From Candidatus Saccharimonadales bacterium (GTDB taxonomy: Bacteria > Patescibacteriota > Saccharimonadia > QS-5-54-17), in NCBI GenBank assembly GCA_040903985.1, contig JBBDUI010000002.1, forward strand, positions 326,038-390,037: 64,000 bases of DNA, read 5' to 3'. Both the position numbers and the translations under genes were made by a program. The notes beneath the pieces were generated by a model. It worked only from the letters and a program-made list of their open reading frames with translations. It made no database searches and was not told where the DNA came from. This document shows positions 55,978 through 64,000 of the stretch, piece after piece; position 1 is the stretch's first letter, and each line of letters begins with the position of its first letter.

Positions 55978-57099
55978 ATGCCTAACCCTAGCCAAGAGCA
56001 ACCACAGTTATTTCCGCTCGAACATGACAACCCTGGTGTAATAGCGCAACTTGAACAACCTCCTGCCACCGCTAATTATGAAACTACGGATAGAATACGG
56101 CAGATAGACCCCCGCACTGAGCAGGACTCCGATTCCATAGGCAGCTCTAGCGGGCTGCTAGATAAGCTCCGCAGTAACAAAACCGCCGCCGTATCTGCAC
56201 TCGGCGGGGCCGTAGTAGCGACCATTCTCTTCAATATGAGCAAGGGCAACGATGAGCCGGGGATCCGCAACACCGTGGAAGCGTCGGGACCAGCTGATAG
56301 TCTAGACCCTGAAGCTACTAGTACGCAGCCGGAGGGTGGGAATACTAGTGTGTCACCACCGACAGAGAGTGGTGCAATTGATCCTGCTCCTGTCTTTAGA
56401 GACCGCTACGAAAGCCCTATAAGCGGTAACTCTGCTCCACGTGAAACCTGGATTCAGCTATGGCGCATTGAGACAGATCAGTTAGCCGGTCCTAGCGCTA
56501 AAGAAACCGGCACTCTTTCGTATGTCGATAGCACTACGGCCGATCTTAAGGAAAGAGTCGGACTAGAAAGTACCCCAGAAAACCCGCAAGCACGACCAGA
56601 TACTATAGAAATAGCTGAAAACGTAGCCTACCTCTATGAGTATGAGGGGCGCACTATAACGATTGATCGGCCCGCAATCTATGGAATGCACTTTGCTCCA
56701 AAAGATGACGGTAGTTTTGAGGCTCAGTGGAGCTGGAACGCCACTCATGAAGCGTACGATAACTACACTTTGCTTTTCCCTCTTGATGGAGACATAGAGC
56801 AATTTACCGTTACTGGTGAAGATAGCGATGTTCGTTGGTTTACTCAAGAAGGAGCCCGACTACTCGGCCTCTTCTATACTGACGGAAGCGAAGAAGCGAG
56901 GCTATCGCAGGTGGTTGCGAACACCGACGAGAGTTATTTGCGACGCGAATCGATATCTAATCAAACACCTCGGCTTGACCTAGGCGTAGCCGAAACTAGC
57001 GAACACGCTACAATTTGGGATGCTTGGGATTCACTTGAGACCAAATACCCGCAACTAGTACCAGTAGAACTTTCCGAAATCTCAAACTTCGCAAAATAA
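55978..57099 (+). CDS. T4SS-associated bitopic membrane protein (possibly VirB8/TcpC-like); hypothetical
   Basis: Cytoplasmic Pro/Gln-rich N-terminus, single TM (AAVSALGGAVVATILF), then ~270 aa extracytoplasmic domain. This topology and size are typical of VirB8/TcpC-like proteins. No sequence motif confirmed. Confidence 0.4.
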   Translation: MPNPSQEQPQLFPLEHDNPGVIAQLEQPPATANYETTDRIRQIDPRTEQDSDSIGSSSGLLDKLRSNKTAAVSALGGAVVATILFNMSKGNDEPGIRNTVEASGPADSLDPEATSTQPEGGNTSVSPPTESGAIDPAPVFRDRYESPISGNSAPRETWIQLWRIETDQLAGPSAKETGTLSYVDSTTADLKERVGLESTPENPQARPDTIEIAENVAYLYEYEGRTITIDRPAIYGMHFAPKDDGSFEAQWSWNATHEAYDNYTLLFPLDGDIEQFTVTGEDSDVRWFTQEGARLLGLFYTDGSEEARLSQVVANTDESYLRRESISNQTPRLDLGVAETSEHATIWDAWDSLETKYPQLVPVELSEISNFAK

Positions 57100-57122
57100 A
57101 CACTTGCATTGAGTGGTGTACA

Positions 57123-59543
57123 GTGAAGGGGCTTCATATTATACTACCTCAAATGAGCTCTACACTTTCCGAAAAGCTAAAAACAAATAAGTTGTTCCGA
57201 CTTTTTGTCGGCACTATATTTATACTAAGCACTGTCTTTTTGTTTCAGCTCGGTACTCCCGATACAGTCTACGCCGGCCGAGGGAATGAGTGCCATGACG
57301 CCTATGACCGCACACAACCCAGGGGAAACCCCAATAATACCGCTGACTACGTACTGGGCTACGTTCAATCTTATCCGGATAAAGCCCCTGAAGTAGTTTG
57401 CGGTACGGATGCACAAGGCGATGACATACGGGTAGCCCTCCTGCAGTGGGGGCCTGACGCTGGTAGCTGGCTTGGTGACAGTTCTCTGCCTGATGCTGCG
57501 GCACGTTACCTATTCTGGGCCTGGACTAGAGGAGAGGACCATGCCTCATTTATCAGATACAGCTATGCGACTAACCCGCCCGAAGTGGCTAATATTGTTT
57601 ACTTAAACCGCAACCTAACCGTTAGCATAGACGGCAGTAGCCAACGAGTGGATGATCCAGTCGGCCTCTTGCCACTTATTGAGCAGACCGAAGAGAATGG
57701 TAATGAGGGGGTGGGGACGAACCCGGACGATGTGACCAGTGAAACACCGGGACCAGAGTTAGAGGAAGACGAAGAGTGCGTCAATGAGGGTGGACTCTTC
57801 GGTGTCCTTATGTGTGATGCGTTAGTTTGGACCTTAAGTGCTCTAGAGTCTGTCCAGAGCTTAATTGTTGAAGTTCTCTTTGAAACTAAACCACTCATAG
57901 TCGGAGACACTAGCGATCCCCTATTTCAGATATGGGGAAACATTAGGGATGTGGCCAACATTCTTCTAGTAGTAGCTTTCATGTTCGTCATCTACTCCTT
58001 AGCCGTATCGGTAAATATTGATGCTTACTCAGTTAAAAGGATTGTTCCGCGACTACTAGTTGCCGCAGTATCGATTCAAGCTTCTTATTTTATATCAGCT
58101 ATCTTCATAGATATGACGTCTATTCTAGGGGCGGGAATTCAAGGATTTACAGACATAGCCATGGATGATGTAAGAATATCTCTCGGTAATGCCGAGGGAG
58201 CCGGCGGGTTCATCGCCCTCGGGTCTATTGCTGGACTAGCAGTAGCTGGAGGAATATTGCTCGCTCCATCTATAGGGTTAGTGGCTGTTATAATTCTATT
58301 AGTAGTGCTCGCAGCATTTGTAGTGGTAGCAGCTCGTGACCTACTCATTCTGATGTGCGTAGTCTTATCGCCCATCGCCTTCCTGGCAAACCTACTACCA
58401 AATACCGAGAAGTGGTTTAAATTCTGGTGGTCCAACTTTGCACGACTTCTGTTTATGTACCCTTTCATGATTCTCATGATTCAAATCGGAAACCTTGGTG
58501 CCTATATAGCGCTAAGTGCAAATCGTGAAGCTAGCTTTTTGGCTCCATTTATGGCACTCATCATGCAGGGTGTAGCTATCGGGTCGATCCTCCTCGCCTT
58601 CAAGGTTGGGGGGTCTCTTCTCTCGGTTACAACCAGTGGATTCCAGAAGTTCGCTAAGGGTGGAGGCGGTAGGAGCAAAGACGGTAAGGGGTTGCGCGGC
58701 AAAATTGGTCAACGTGCTCGAGAACGCCGAGGTGAGTACGCTACCGGCACAAGAGGTAACGCCTTTACCCGCGGCATTACTAGCCCAGCCACCGCATCGG
58801 TTATGCCTAGTCGTTTCCGCAATCAGTCAAGAGCTCAAGCCCTTAGTGGCTTTAACCTTCAACGAGGCGAGGCGGCCAAAGCACTGGAAGCTGAAGGTCA
58901 CGATGCCGATGCACTCAACACTTTTGCTAGGTATGGTGAATCGACCGATAGTTTTAAGCAAGGGTTAAAAGAGCTCCGCTCTAGTACTCGAATTAACCGG
59001 GAGACAGGCGCTGTTGAGTATAAAGACGCAGATGACATAGATAGAGATAACGCTAAAGCCGACAAGCTTGCCAATATGTCGCACCACGTAGGAAAGCGTG
59101 CATTCCAAGCAGCTGCACTTAAGCAGGTGGCCGACATGGGCTTTGCCGATAATGAAAGTTTCGAATCTGTCAGAGGCCTACTTCAAGACAATCCCACCCT
59201 AAGCCAACAAGTACTTACTCCGGCAGCTGTCGGTGCTAAAAAGGCCGGGCGCATTGATCAGTGGAAAGAGTACGGCCCTCTCGAGGCAAAGGATATCGTG
59301 GCGGGTATGGGCACGAAGGATATCGTCGAAATGAAACCGGTCAGCCTGAAAGACGCTGAACTGGCCAACCAGTTTAGAGATCAAGCAAGTGTGCCGAAAA
59401 GTGCTGCGCGCAAAGCATTATCAAGTGCACTGGGCTCAGCCAGTGGTATGAGCGCCAAACAACACGAAGAGTTTGAGCGTGTATTAGGACCCGACCTATA
59501 TGCCAAGTTGGTGGAAGAAGCTGAAGAAGGATGGAAGCGGTAG
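57123..59543 (+). CDS. VirB6/TrbL-like polytopic T4SS channel protein (PrgH/TcpH-like)
   Basis: 806 aa. Signal-anchor, ~220 aa extracytoplasmic domain, at least 6 TM helices in the 250-560 region, and a ~250 aa hydrophilic C-terminal domain. This is the Gram-positive-type VirB6 architecture. Located 3 genes upstream of VirB4. Confidence 0.6.
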   Translation: MKGLHIILPQMSSTLSEKLKTNKLFRLFVGTIFILSTVFLFQLGTPDTVYAGRGNECHDAYDRTQPRGNPNNTADYVLGYVQSYPDKAPEVVCGTDAQGDDIRVALLQWGPDAGSWLGDSSLPDAAARYLFWAWTRGEDHASFIRYSYATNPPEVANIVYLNRNLTVSIDGSSQRVDDPVGLLPLIEQTEENGNEGVGTNPDDVTSETPGPELEEDEECVNEGGLFGVLMCDALVWTLSALESVQSLIVEVLFETKPLIVGDTSDPLFQIWGNIRDVANILLVVAFMFVIYSLAVSVNIDAYSVKRIVPRLLVAAVSIQASYFISAIFIDMTSILGAGIQGFTDIAMDDVRISLGNAEGAGGFIALGSIAGLAVAGGILLAPSIGLVAVIILLVVLAAFVVVAARDLLILMCVVLSPIAFLANLLPNTEKWFKFWWSNFARLLFMYPFMILMIQIGNLGAYIALSANREASFLAPFMALIMQGVAIGSILLAFKVGGSLLSVTTSGFQKFAKGGGGRSKDGKGLRGKIGQRARERRGEYATGTRGNAFTRGITSPATASVMPSRFRNQSRAQALSGFNLQRGEAAKALEAEGHDADALNTFARYGESTDSFKQGLKELRSSTRINRETGAVEYKDADDIDRDNAKADKLANMSHHVGKRAFQAAALKQVADMGFADNESFESVRGLLQDNPTLSQQVLTPAAVGAKKAGRIDQWKEYGPLEAKDIVAGMGTKDIVEMKPVSLKDAELANQFRDQASVPKSAARKALSSALGSASGMSAKQHEEFERVLGPDLYAKLVEEAEEGWKR

Positions 59544-59654
59544 TGGAGGGGCTAGCGTCTATAACCCAGGAGATGATCCCGGCAACACTACTAACTGAGA
59601 CTGAGTTTGTTCAGATACCGCAGGTTGCTATACTAAAACCATAAGTGATTTATT

Positions 59655-60497
59655 ATGGCTGTATATAAAGTACCCCAAGATGTCGAAGCCGAGGATAAGC
59701 TCCTCGGCCCTCTAACTTTTAAGCAGTTTATCTTTCTGCTGATTGCCGGTGGGGCGGCTATGTTTGCCTGGCTGCTCTTCACTATTCAGCCGGTACTCGC
59801 CATCATCCCTCTGCCCATCATACTAATCTTCGGTGGTCTAGCTGTCTTTCGTCGTGAGGATCAACCGGTTGAACGTTACCTCCTATCGTTCTTCAACTAC
59901 ACACTGCGCCCCCGGGTGCGACTATGGAGCACGGAGGGATACTACGACCACCTAGTCATTACGGCCCCTAAGACCATGGCCACACCCGCTCTAAAGCAGG
60001 ATGTTAGTCAGGTTCATGGCCAGCTCGAGAAGCTAGCGCAAATTGTCGATACTCGTGGCTGGTCGGTTAAACAGCCCAACATTACACTGCCGAACCAAGT
60101 CGGTCAGGGCGACGACCGTCTCTTTCTCCCTCAGGTAGAGGCTCCACCGGAAGAAGTCCAAGAGAGCGACGATATTATGGATGACGCCAACCCTGAAGTA
60201 GTGCAGCTCGACTCCATCCTACAACAAGAAGCCGAACGACAACGCCAAGCTTTGCTGGAGCGAGTCAAACAGCAGGCTAGCGAACCTAGCCATTCCACAG
60301 CCACCACTGAGCCCCAAGCCGGCTCTGCAGAGCAAGAACGTGTAGCACCAGCGGTAGAGCCGGCTCCATCTAGCGGCAATACATCTGATATAATGAACCT
60401 ATCTGACCAGCTGACCGTCAGCCAGATTCAAGATCAGGTTAATCGTCAGGCTACCGACCAAAAACTAGAAGAGGGTGAGGAGATAAAACTACGCTAA
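59655..60497 (+). CDS. VirB3/PrgI-like small membrane protein with extended C-terminus; hypothetical
   Basis: Two closely spaced N-terminal TM helices (FIFLLIAGGAAMFAWLLF, LAIIPLPIILIFGGLAVF), located immediately upstream of the VirB4 ORFs. C-terminus is Gln/Glu-rich. Confidence 0.4.
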   Translation: MAVYKVPQDVEAEDKLLGPLTFKQFIFLLIAGGAAMFAWLLFTIQPVLAIIPLPIILIFGGLAVFRREDQPVERYLLSFFNYTLRPRVRLWSTEGYYDHLVITAPKTMATPALKQDVSQVHGQLEKLAQIVDTRGWSVKQPNITLPNQVGQGDDRLFLPQVEAPPEEVQESDDIMDDANPEVVQLDSILQQEAERQRQALLERVKQQASEPSHSTATTEPQAGSAEQERVAPAVEPAPSSGNTSDIMNLSDQLTVSQIQDQVNRQATDQKLEEGEEIKLR

Positions 60498-61369
60498 TGC
60501 CACCGAACAACACGCCCAACCAGCCCCAATCACCGGCTACACCCGAACCGGCTCCAGCTACCCCTCAGACTCAGATCAACCCCAGCGCTGCACCCTTAGG
60601 TCCGCCGCCACGCTCGATGCCTAAAACCGCTAAGCCAGCGGTTAAAAAGAAGTCTGACAATACCGCTCAGAAGAGTCTACTTATCTCTGAGATCCGGGAC
60701 GGCATGGTAGTGATGAAGGACGGCTCGATGCGAGCGGTCGTGATGTGCCAATCAATCAACTTCGACCTAATGAGCCCACAGGAAAGGGAAGGGATAGAGT
60801 ACTCCTACCAGGGCTTCTTAAACTCACTCTACTTCCCAGTCCAGATACTAATCCGAAGCCAGCATATTAACCTCGACGGCTACATGGAGCGATTAGAAGC
60901 AATCAGACGAGACCAGGACAACATTCTGCTCGGACTGCTGATGGAAGATTACATCACCTACGTACGTTATCTGGTAGAAGCGGCCAACATTATGGACAAG
61001 CAGTTCTACATCGTGGTGCCTTACTACCCTAATATGCTGAACAAAGAGGGGATAGCCAGCGGCGCCCAGAAGTTCTCCGAACTCTTCAAACCGAAACAAG
61101 AAGGAGTAATCACTATTAACGAGACCGACTTCACCAAGGCTAAGCAGGAGTTGACGCAGCAGGTCCGGGTGGTAGCTAACGGCCTAAACCAACTAGGGGT
61201 TAAATCCATACCCCTAAACACCCAGGAGTTAATCGAGCTTTACTATAACGTCTACAATCCAGTCACTGCTAAACAGCAGCCGCTAACTGACGTCGGTGAC
61301 CTAGATGCATCGATCATCGGTAAGGGTGACGGCCAAGCAAAACAGGTATTCCCAGGGGGCGGGGCATAG
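60497..61369 (+). CDS. VirB4/TraC N-terminal-domain protein (Pro-rich leader plus CagE_TrbE_VirB-like domain); possibly the 5' part of a split virB4
   Basis: LLISEIRDGMVVMKDGSMRAVVMCQSINFDLMSPQEREGIEYSYQGFLNSL matches the conserved VirB4 N-terminal block (kdGs...G.dfe...see). The ORF ends with TAG 1 nt before the ATG of the ATPase ORF, at a G-run. Confidence 0.55.
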   Translation: MPPNNTPNQPQSPATPEPAPATPQTQINPSAAPLGPPPRSMPKTAKPAVKKKSDNTAQKSLLISEIRDGMVVMKDGSMRAVVMCQSINFDLMSPQEREGIEYSYQGFLNSLYFPVQILIRSQHINLDGYMERLEAIRRDQDNILLGLLMEDYITYVRYLVEAANIMDKQFYIVVPYYPNMLNKEGIASGAQKFSELFKPKQEGVITINETDFTKAKQELTQQVRVVANGLNQLGVKSIPLNTQELIELYYNVYNPVTAKQQPLTDVGDLDASIIGKGDGQAKQVFPGGGA

Positions 61370-61370
61370 T

Positions 61371-63266
61371 ATGGGTATATTTAGTAAAAAAACCGATCCG
61401 GTCAGCCTAGCCGATGAGCAGAAGCGGCGGGAGCAGCTGGAAGTAGAGGAGCAGTTCCGCGAAGGCATCACCGGGCTGCGCGACTTTATCGCCCCTTCCA
61501 GCCTAGAGTTCGAATCATCCCAGATGAAAATCGGCACCCGCTACGCCCGCACCGTCTACGTCTACGGTTATCCGCGTCAAATCTATACCGGATGGCTCTC
61601 GCCAATTATTAATCTAGACGAAGCGCTCGATATCAGTATGTTTATCTATCCGGTCGAAAGTAAAGTCGTACTCGACAACCTCCGCAAGAAGGTTTCCCAA
61701 TTAGAAGCTAGTATTCAGATCAACGCTGAGAAAGGCCGGGTGCGTGATCCCGGACTAGAAGCCGCTATCCAAGATGCGGAGGAGTTACGGAGTCGCCTGC
61801 AGGTTGGCGAAGAGCGCTTCTTCCGTTTCGGGCTCTACATCACAATGTATGCCGACTCCCTAGAAGAGATGACCTACATCCAGCGCAAGATCGAGGGCAT
61901 CTTCGGCCAAGAACTGGTCTACACCAAGACGGCGACAGTTCAGATGGAGCAGGCCTTCAACTCGACCGTACCCCAGCTAACTGATCAGCTACAGATCAAG
62001 CGTAACCTCGACACCGGTGCACTCTCTACCACCTTTCCCTTTACTTCAGCTGATCTATCTCAGGAAGAGGGGATACTCTATGGCATTAACATGCATAACA
62101 ACGGCTTAGTCATCTTCGACCGTTTCTCATTAGAGAATGCCAATATGGTCGTCTTCGCCAAGTCCGGTGCCGGTAAGAGCTTCACGGTTAAGCTCGAGGC
62201 TTTGCGTAGTCTTATGTTTGGTCGCCAGGTTATCATCATCGATCCGGAAAACGAGTATGAGCGTCTGTCCGATGCAGTGGGGGGCAGCTACATTCACCTT
62301 AGCCTCAACTCCGATACTTATGTGAACCCTTTCGATTTACCGCAAGTAACCGACTCGGAAGAGGCAGACAACGCCCTGCGGGCTAACCTCATCACCCTGC
62401 ACGGTATGCTACGCCTGATGATGGGCAGCACTCGGCAGCAGGAAGATGGCAGTATGAGCTCCGGCATTACTGCCGCCGAAGAGGCCGACCTCGATATGGC
62501 CCTAATTAACACCTACGCGGCACGCGGCATCACTAGTGATCCGCTCACCCACAGCGTCGAGCCCCCCACCATTAACGATCTATACGAAACCTTAGTTAAC
62601 ATGTCGGGCACCGGACCTAGCCTGGCTCAGCGTTTGCGTAAATACACCCAAGGCACCTTCTCCGGTATCTTCTCAAATCAATCTAACGTCACTCTGGATA
62701 ATAATTTCGTCGTCTTCAACATCCGTGATCTTGAAGACGAATTACGCCCCGTCGCCATGTACATCGTCTTAAACTATATCTGGAACCGCGTGAAGTCCGA
62801 CCAGCGCGAACGTTTCCTGATCGTCGATGAGGCCTGGCAGCTGATGAAGCACGAAGACTCAGCCAACTTCCTCTTCTCGGTCGCCAAGCGCGCCCGTAAG
62901 TACGCCCTGGGACTAACCACTATCTCACAAGACGTAGAGGACTTCTTAACTTCCCGTATGGGTCGCGCTATCGTCTCTAACTCCAGTATGCAGGTACTGC
63001 TCAAGCAGGCTCCTTCGGCCGTCGACCTAGTAGCTGACACCTTTAAACTCACTAGCGAGGAGAAAAAGCGGCTTAGCCAATTCCCGGTCGGCCAGGGATT
63101 ATTCTTCGCCGGCTCCAACCACGTCCACATCCGGATTGAGGCCAGCCCCACCGAAACTCAGCTCATCACTACCGACCCACGCCAACTAGCCGCTATGCAG
63201 GCCATCACTGAAGGTCAGGATGCCGCCCAAGCCGCCTCAGAAGCCGCTAAAGAGCCGGAACTGTAA
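61371..63266 (+). CDS. VirB4-family T4SS ATPase (TraC/TrsE/PrgJ-like)
   Basis: Walker A VVFAKSGAGKSFTV, Walker B FLIVDEAWQLM, and C-terminal motifs TISQDVEDF and SNSSMQVLLKQ. Start set at MGIFSKK (61371), 2 nt after the upstream stop. Confidence 0.85.
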   Translation: MGIFSKKTDPVSLADEQKRREQLEVEEQFREGITGLRDFIAPSSLEFESSQMKIGTRYARTVYVYGYPRQIYTGWLSPIINLDEALDISMFIYPVESKVVLDNLRKKVSQLEASIQINAEKGRVRDPGLEAAIQDAEELRSRLQVGEERFFRFGLYITMYADSLEEMTYIQRKIEGIFGQELVYTKTATVQMEQAFNSTVPQLTDQLQIKRNLDTGALSTTFPFTSADLSQEEGILYGINMHNNGLVIFDRFSLENANMVVFAKSGAGKSFTVKLEALRSLMFGRQVIIIDPENEYERLSDAVGGSYIHLSLNSDTYVNPFDLPQVTDSEEADNALRANLITLHGMLRLMMGSTRQQEDGSMSSGITAAEEADLDMALINTYAARGITSDPLTHSVEPPTINDLYETLVNMSGTGPSLAQRLRKYTQGTFSGIFSNQSNVTLDNNFVVFNIRDLEDELRPVAMYIVLNYIWNRVKSDQRERFLIVDEAWQLMKHEDSANFLFSVAKRARKYALGLTTISQDVEDFLTSRMGRAIVSNSSMQVLLKQAPSAVDLVADTFKLTSEEKKRLSQFPVGQGLFFAGSNHVHIRIEASPTETQLITTDPRQLAAMQAITEGQDAAQAASEAAKEPEL

Positions 63267-63321
63267 CTTATTTTCGTGCTCAATAGTATCAACATAAGGT
63301 TAACCACTTAAACACAATATT

Positions 63322-64000
63322 ATGTCCACCCTAGAAGATAAAAAGCCAGACACCAAACCAGACGGTAGCCATGACGACGTGGAGCTTAGCGCCGCCGAGC
63401 GGGCCGAGTCAGACCAGCTACTCGCTAGCGCCGAAGAGGGCGACTCCTTTTATAGCGATGAAGGGAGCGAGGGCAAAAGAGGGGCGGGAAGTAGGTTGGC
63501 CGGGGCCGCTCTTAAAACCACACCGGTGGGGCGGGCGCTTAGTTTTATCACTCGCAACAAGAAGAGTACGGCAGTCGGGGGAGGGATACTGGGATTTATC
63601 GTCAGCGTTGTCGCACTAATCGTTATGATTATACCTCCCACCCAGCTAATGTGGATGAACAACGTCTTCCAGGATTTTAACTTTGGTCCCCATGACCGTA
63701 GTGTGGTCGGGCGGGCTAACCGAATTAACGAGCACTTACGACTACGTCGGTCTAACGACACCCAGCTAGGCCAGAAAATAGAAAACGTAAGTGCCGATGA
63801 TGCTCAGCGTGCCCGAGTAGCTGAGACAAGTGGCGACAGGGTGAGCCGCTACAATCGCCGCGCACCCTTTAGGGATATGATAGGTAGTAGGATTAGGGGT
63901 GGTTTTAACTGGCGATTCTTCACTGGTCACTCACGCAGCTCTCCTTCTTATGTCAACAGCCGCAACAAGATGCTGGGAATTAACGATTCTTCCTTACGCG
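63322..64000 (+). CDS. Partial CDS (3' end beyond window): hypothetical membrane-anchored protein downstream of virB4
   Basis: ATG at 63322, open to the window end with no stop, which is why it is absent from the track. Acidic N-terminus, then a TM helix (GGGILGFIVSVVALIVMIIPP). The tracked ORF 63371-63619 is in another frame and is probably spurious. Confidence 0.4.
   Translation, partial: MSTLEDKKPDTKPDGSHDDVELSAAERAESDQLLASAEEGDSFYSDEGSEGKRGAGSRLAGAALKTTPVGRALSFITRNKKSTAVGGGILGFIVSVVALIVMIIPPTQLMWMNNVFQDFNFGPHDRSVVGRANRINEHLRLRRSNDTQLGQKIENVSADDAQRARVAETSGDRVSRYNRRAPFRDMIGSRIRGGFNWRFFTGHSRSSPSYVNSRNKMLGINDSSLR

Noticed and set aside
63371-63619. Tracked ORF 63371-63619(+)
   Set aside because: A longer reading frame starts at ATG 63322 in a different frame and stays open to the window end. 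It has a plausible TM helix. The 82 aa ORF is Pro/Gly/Arg-rich and looks like an out-of-frame shadow.
273-64000. Numerous 60-130 aa antisense or overlapping ORFs inside long conserved genes (e.g. 454-639, 1247-1441, 5813-6079, 14441-14722, 33583-33789, 45025-45417, 57220-57504)
   Set aside because: They lie wholly within, and antisense or out of frame to, genes with strong homology. There is no independent evidence for them. Treated as spurious.
1-64000. Searches for CRISPR arrays, IS/transposase genes, integrase/recombinase genes, rRNA and phage structural genes
   Set aside because: I found no regularly spaced short direct repeats, DDE or serine/tyrosine recombinase motifs, rRNA-like conserved stretches or capsid/terminase-like ORFs anywhere in the window.

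Overview
This 64 kb window looks like chromosomal DNA from a small-genome bacterium at roughly 50% GC. The first ~50 kb is dense, mostly minus-strand housekeeping: ftsK, RNase J, a UDG-family glycosylase, pnp, rpsO, truB, a DHH phosphoesterase, rpsT, holA, mutM, a DsbB/BdbC-like oxidoreductase, a cmk-like kinase, polA, rpoD, dnaG, msrB, yajQ, a MacB-type ABC pair, pgeF, a SIS-domain PGI/PMI, groES-groEL with an upstream CIRCE element, a phosphomannomutase, murE, tsaD, valS and a HIT protein. Several of these carry low-complexity extensions: Arg/Gly-rich tails on RNase J, a Pro-rich tail on the DHH protein, and a histone-H1-like Lys/Ala tail on S20. There are five tRNA genes: four serine isoacceptors (GGA, CGA, TGA, GCT) and one Arg. 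Two of the tRNA-Ser genes have short copies of their 3' ends nearby, which may be integration-site scars. The taxonomic guess is Patescibacteria/Saccharibacteria-like. It rests on gene content and is inference only. The last ~11.5 kb (52.7-64 kb) is the clear accessory region, a type IV secretion-like locus. It holds seven tandem genes for small VirB2/TrbC-like double-transmembrane pilin-like proteins, each with a conserved C-terminal membrane hairpin and a hypervariable N-terminus. Two copies share a 173 bp block identical at the DNA level. Opposite this array are genes for a VirB6-like polytopic protein, a VirB3-like protein, a VirB4 ATPase apparently split at a poly-G tract, and flanking membrane proteins. 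No coupling protein or relaxase is visible in the window, and a ComF homologue lies just upstream. Mid-window there is a second odd module at 36.6-40.5 kb. Two unrecognisable ~400 aa proteins sit alongside two GC-rich, hairpin-rich non-coding islands of ~500 and ~350 bp; these may be structured RNAs or foreign DNA. No rRNA, CRISPR array, transposase or integrase was found.
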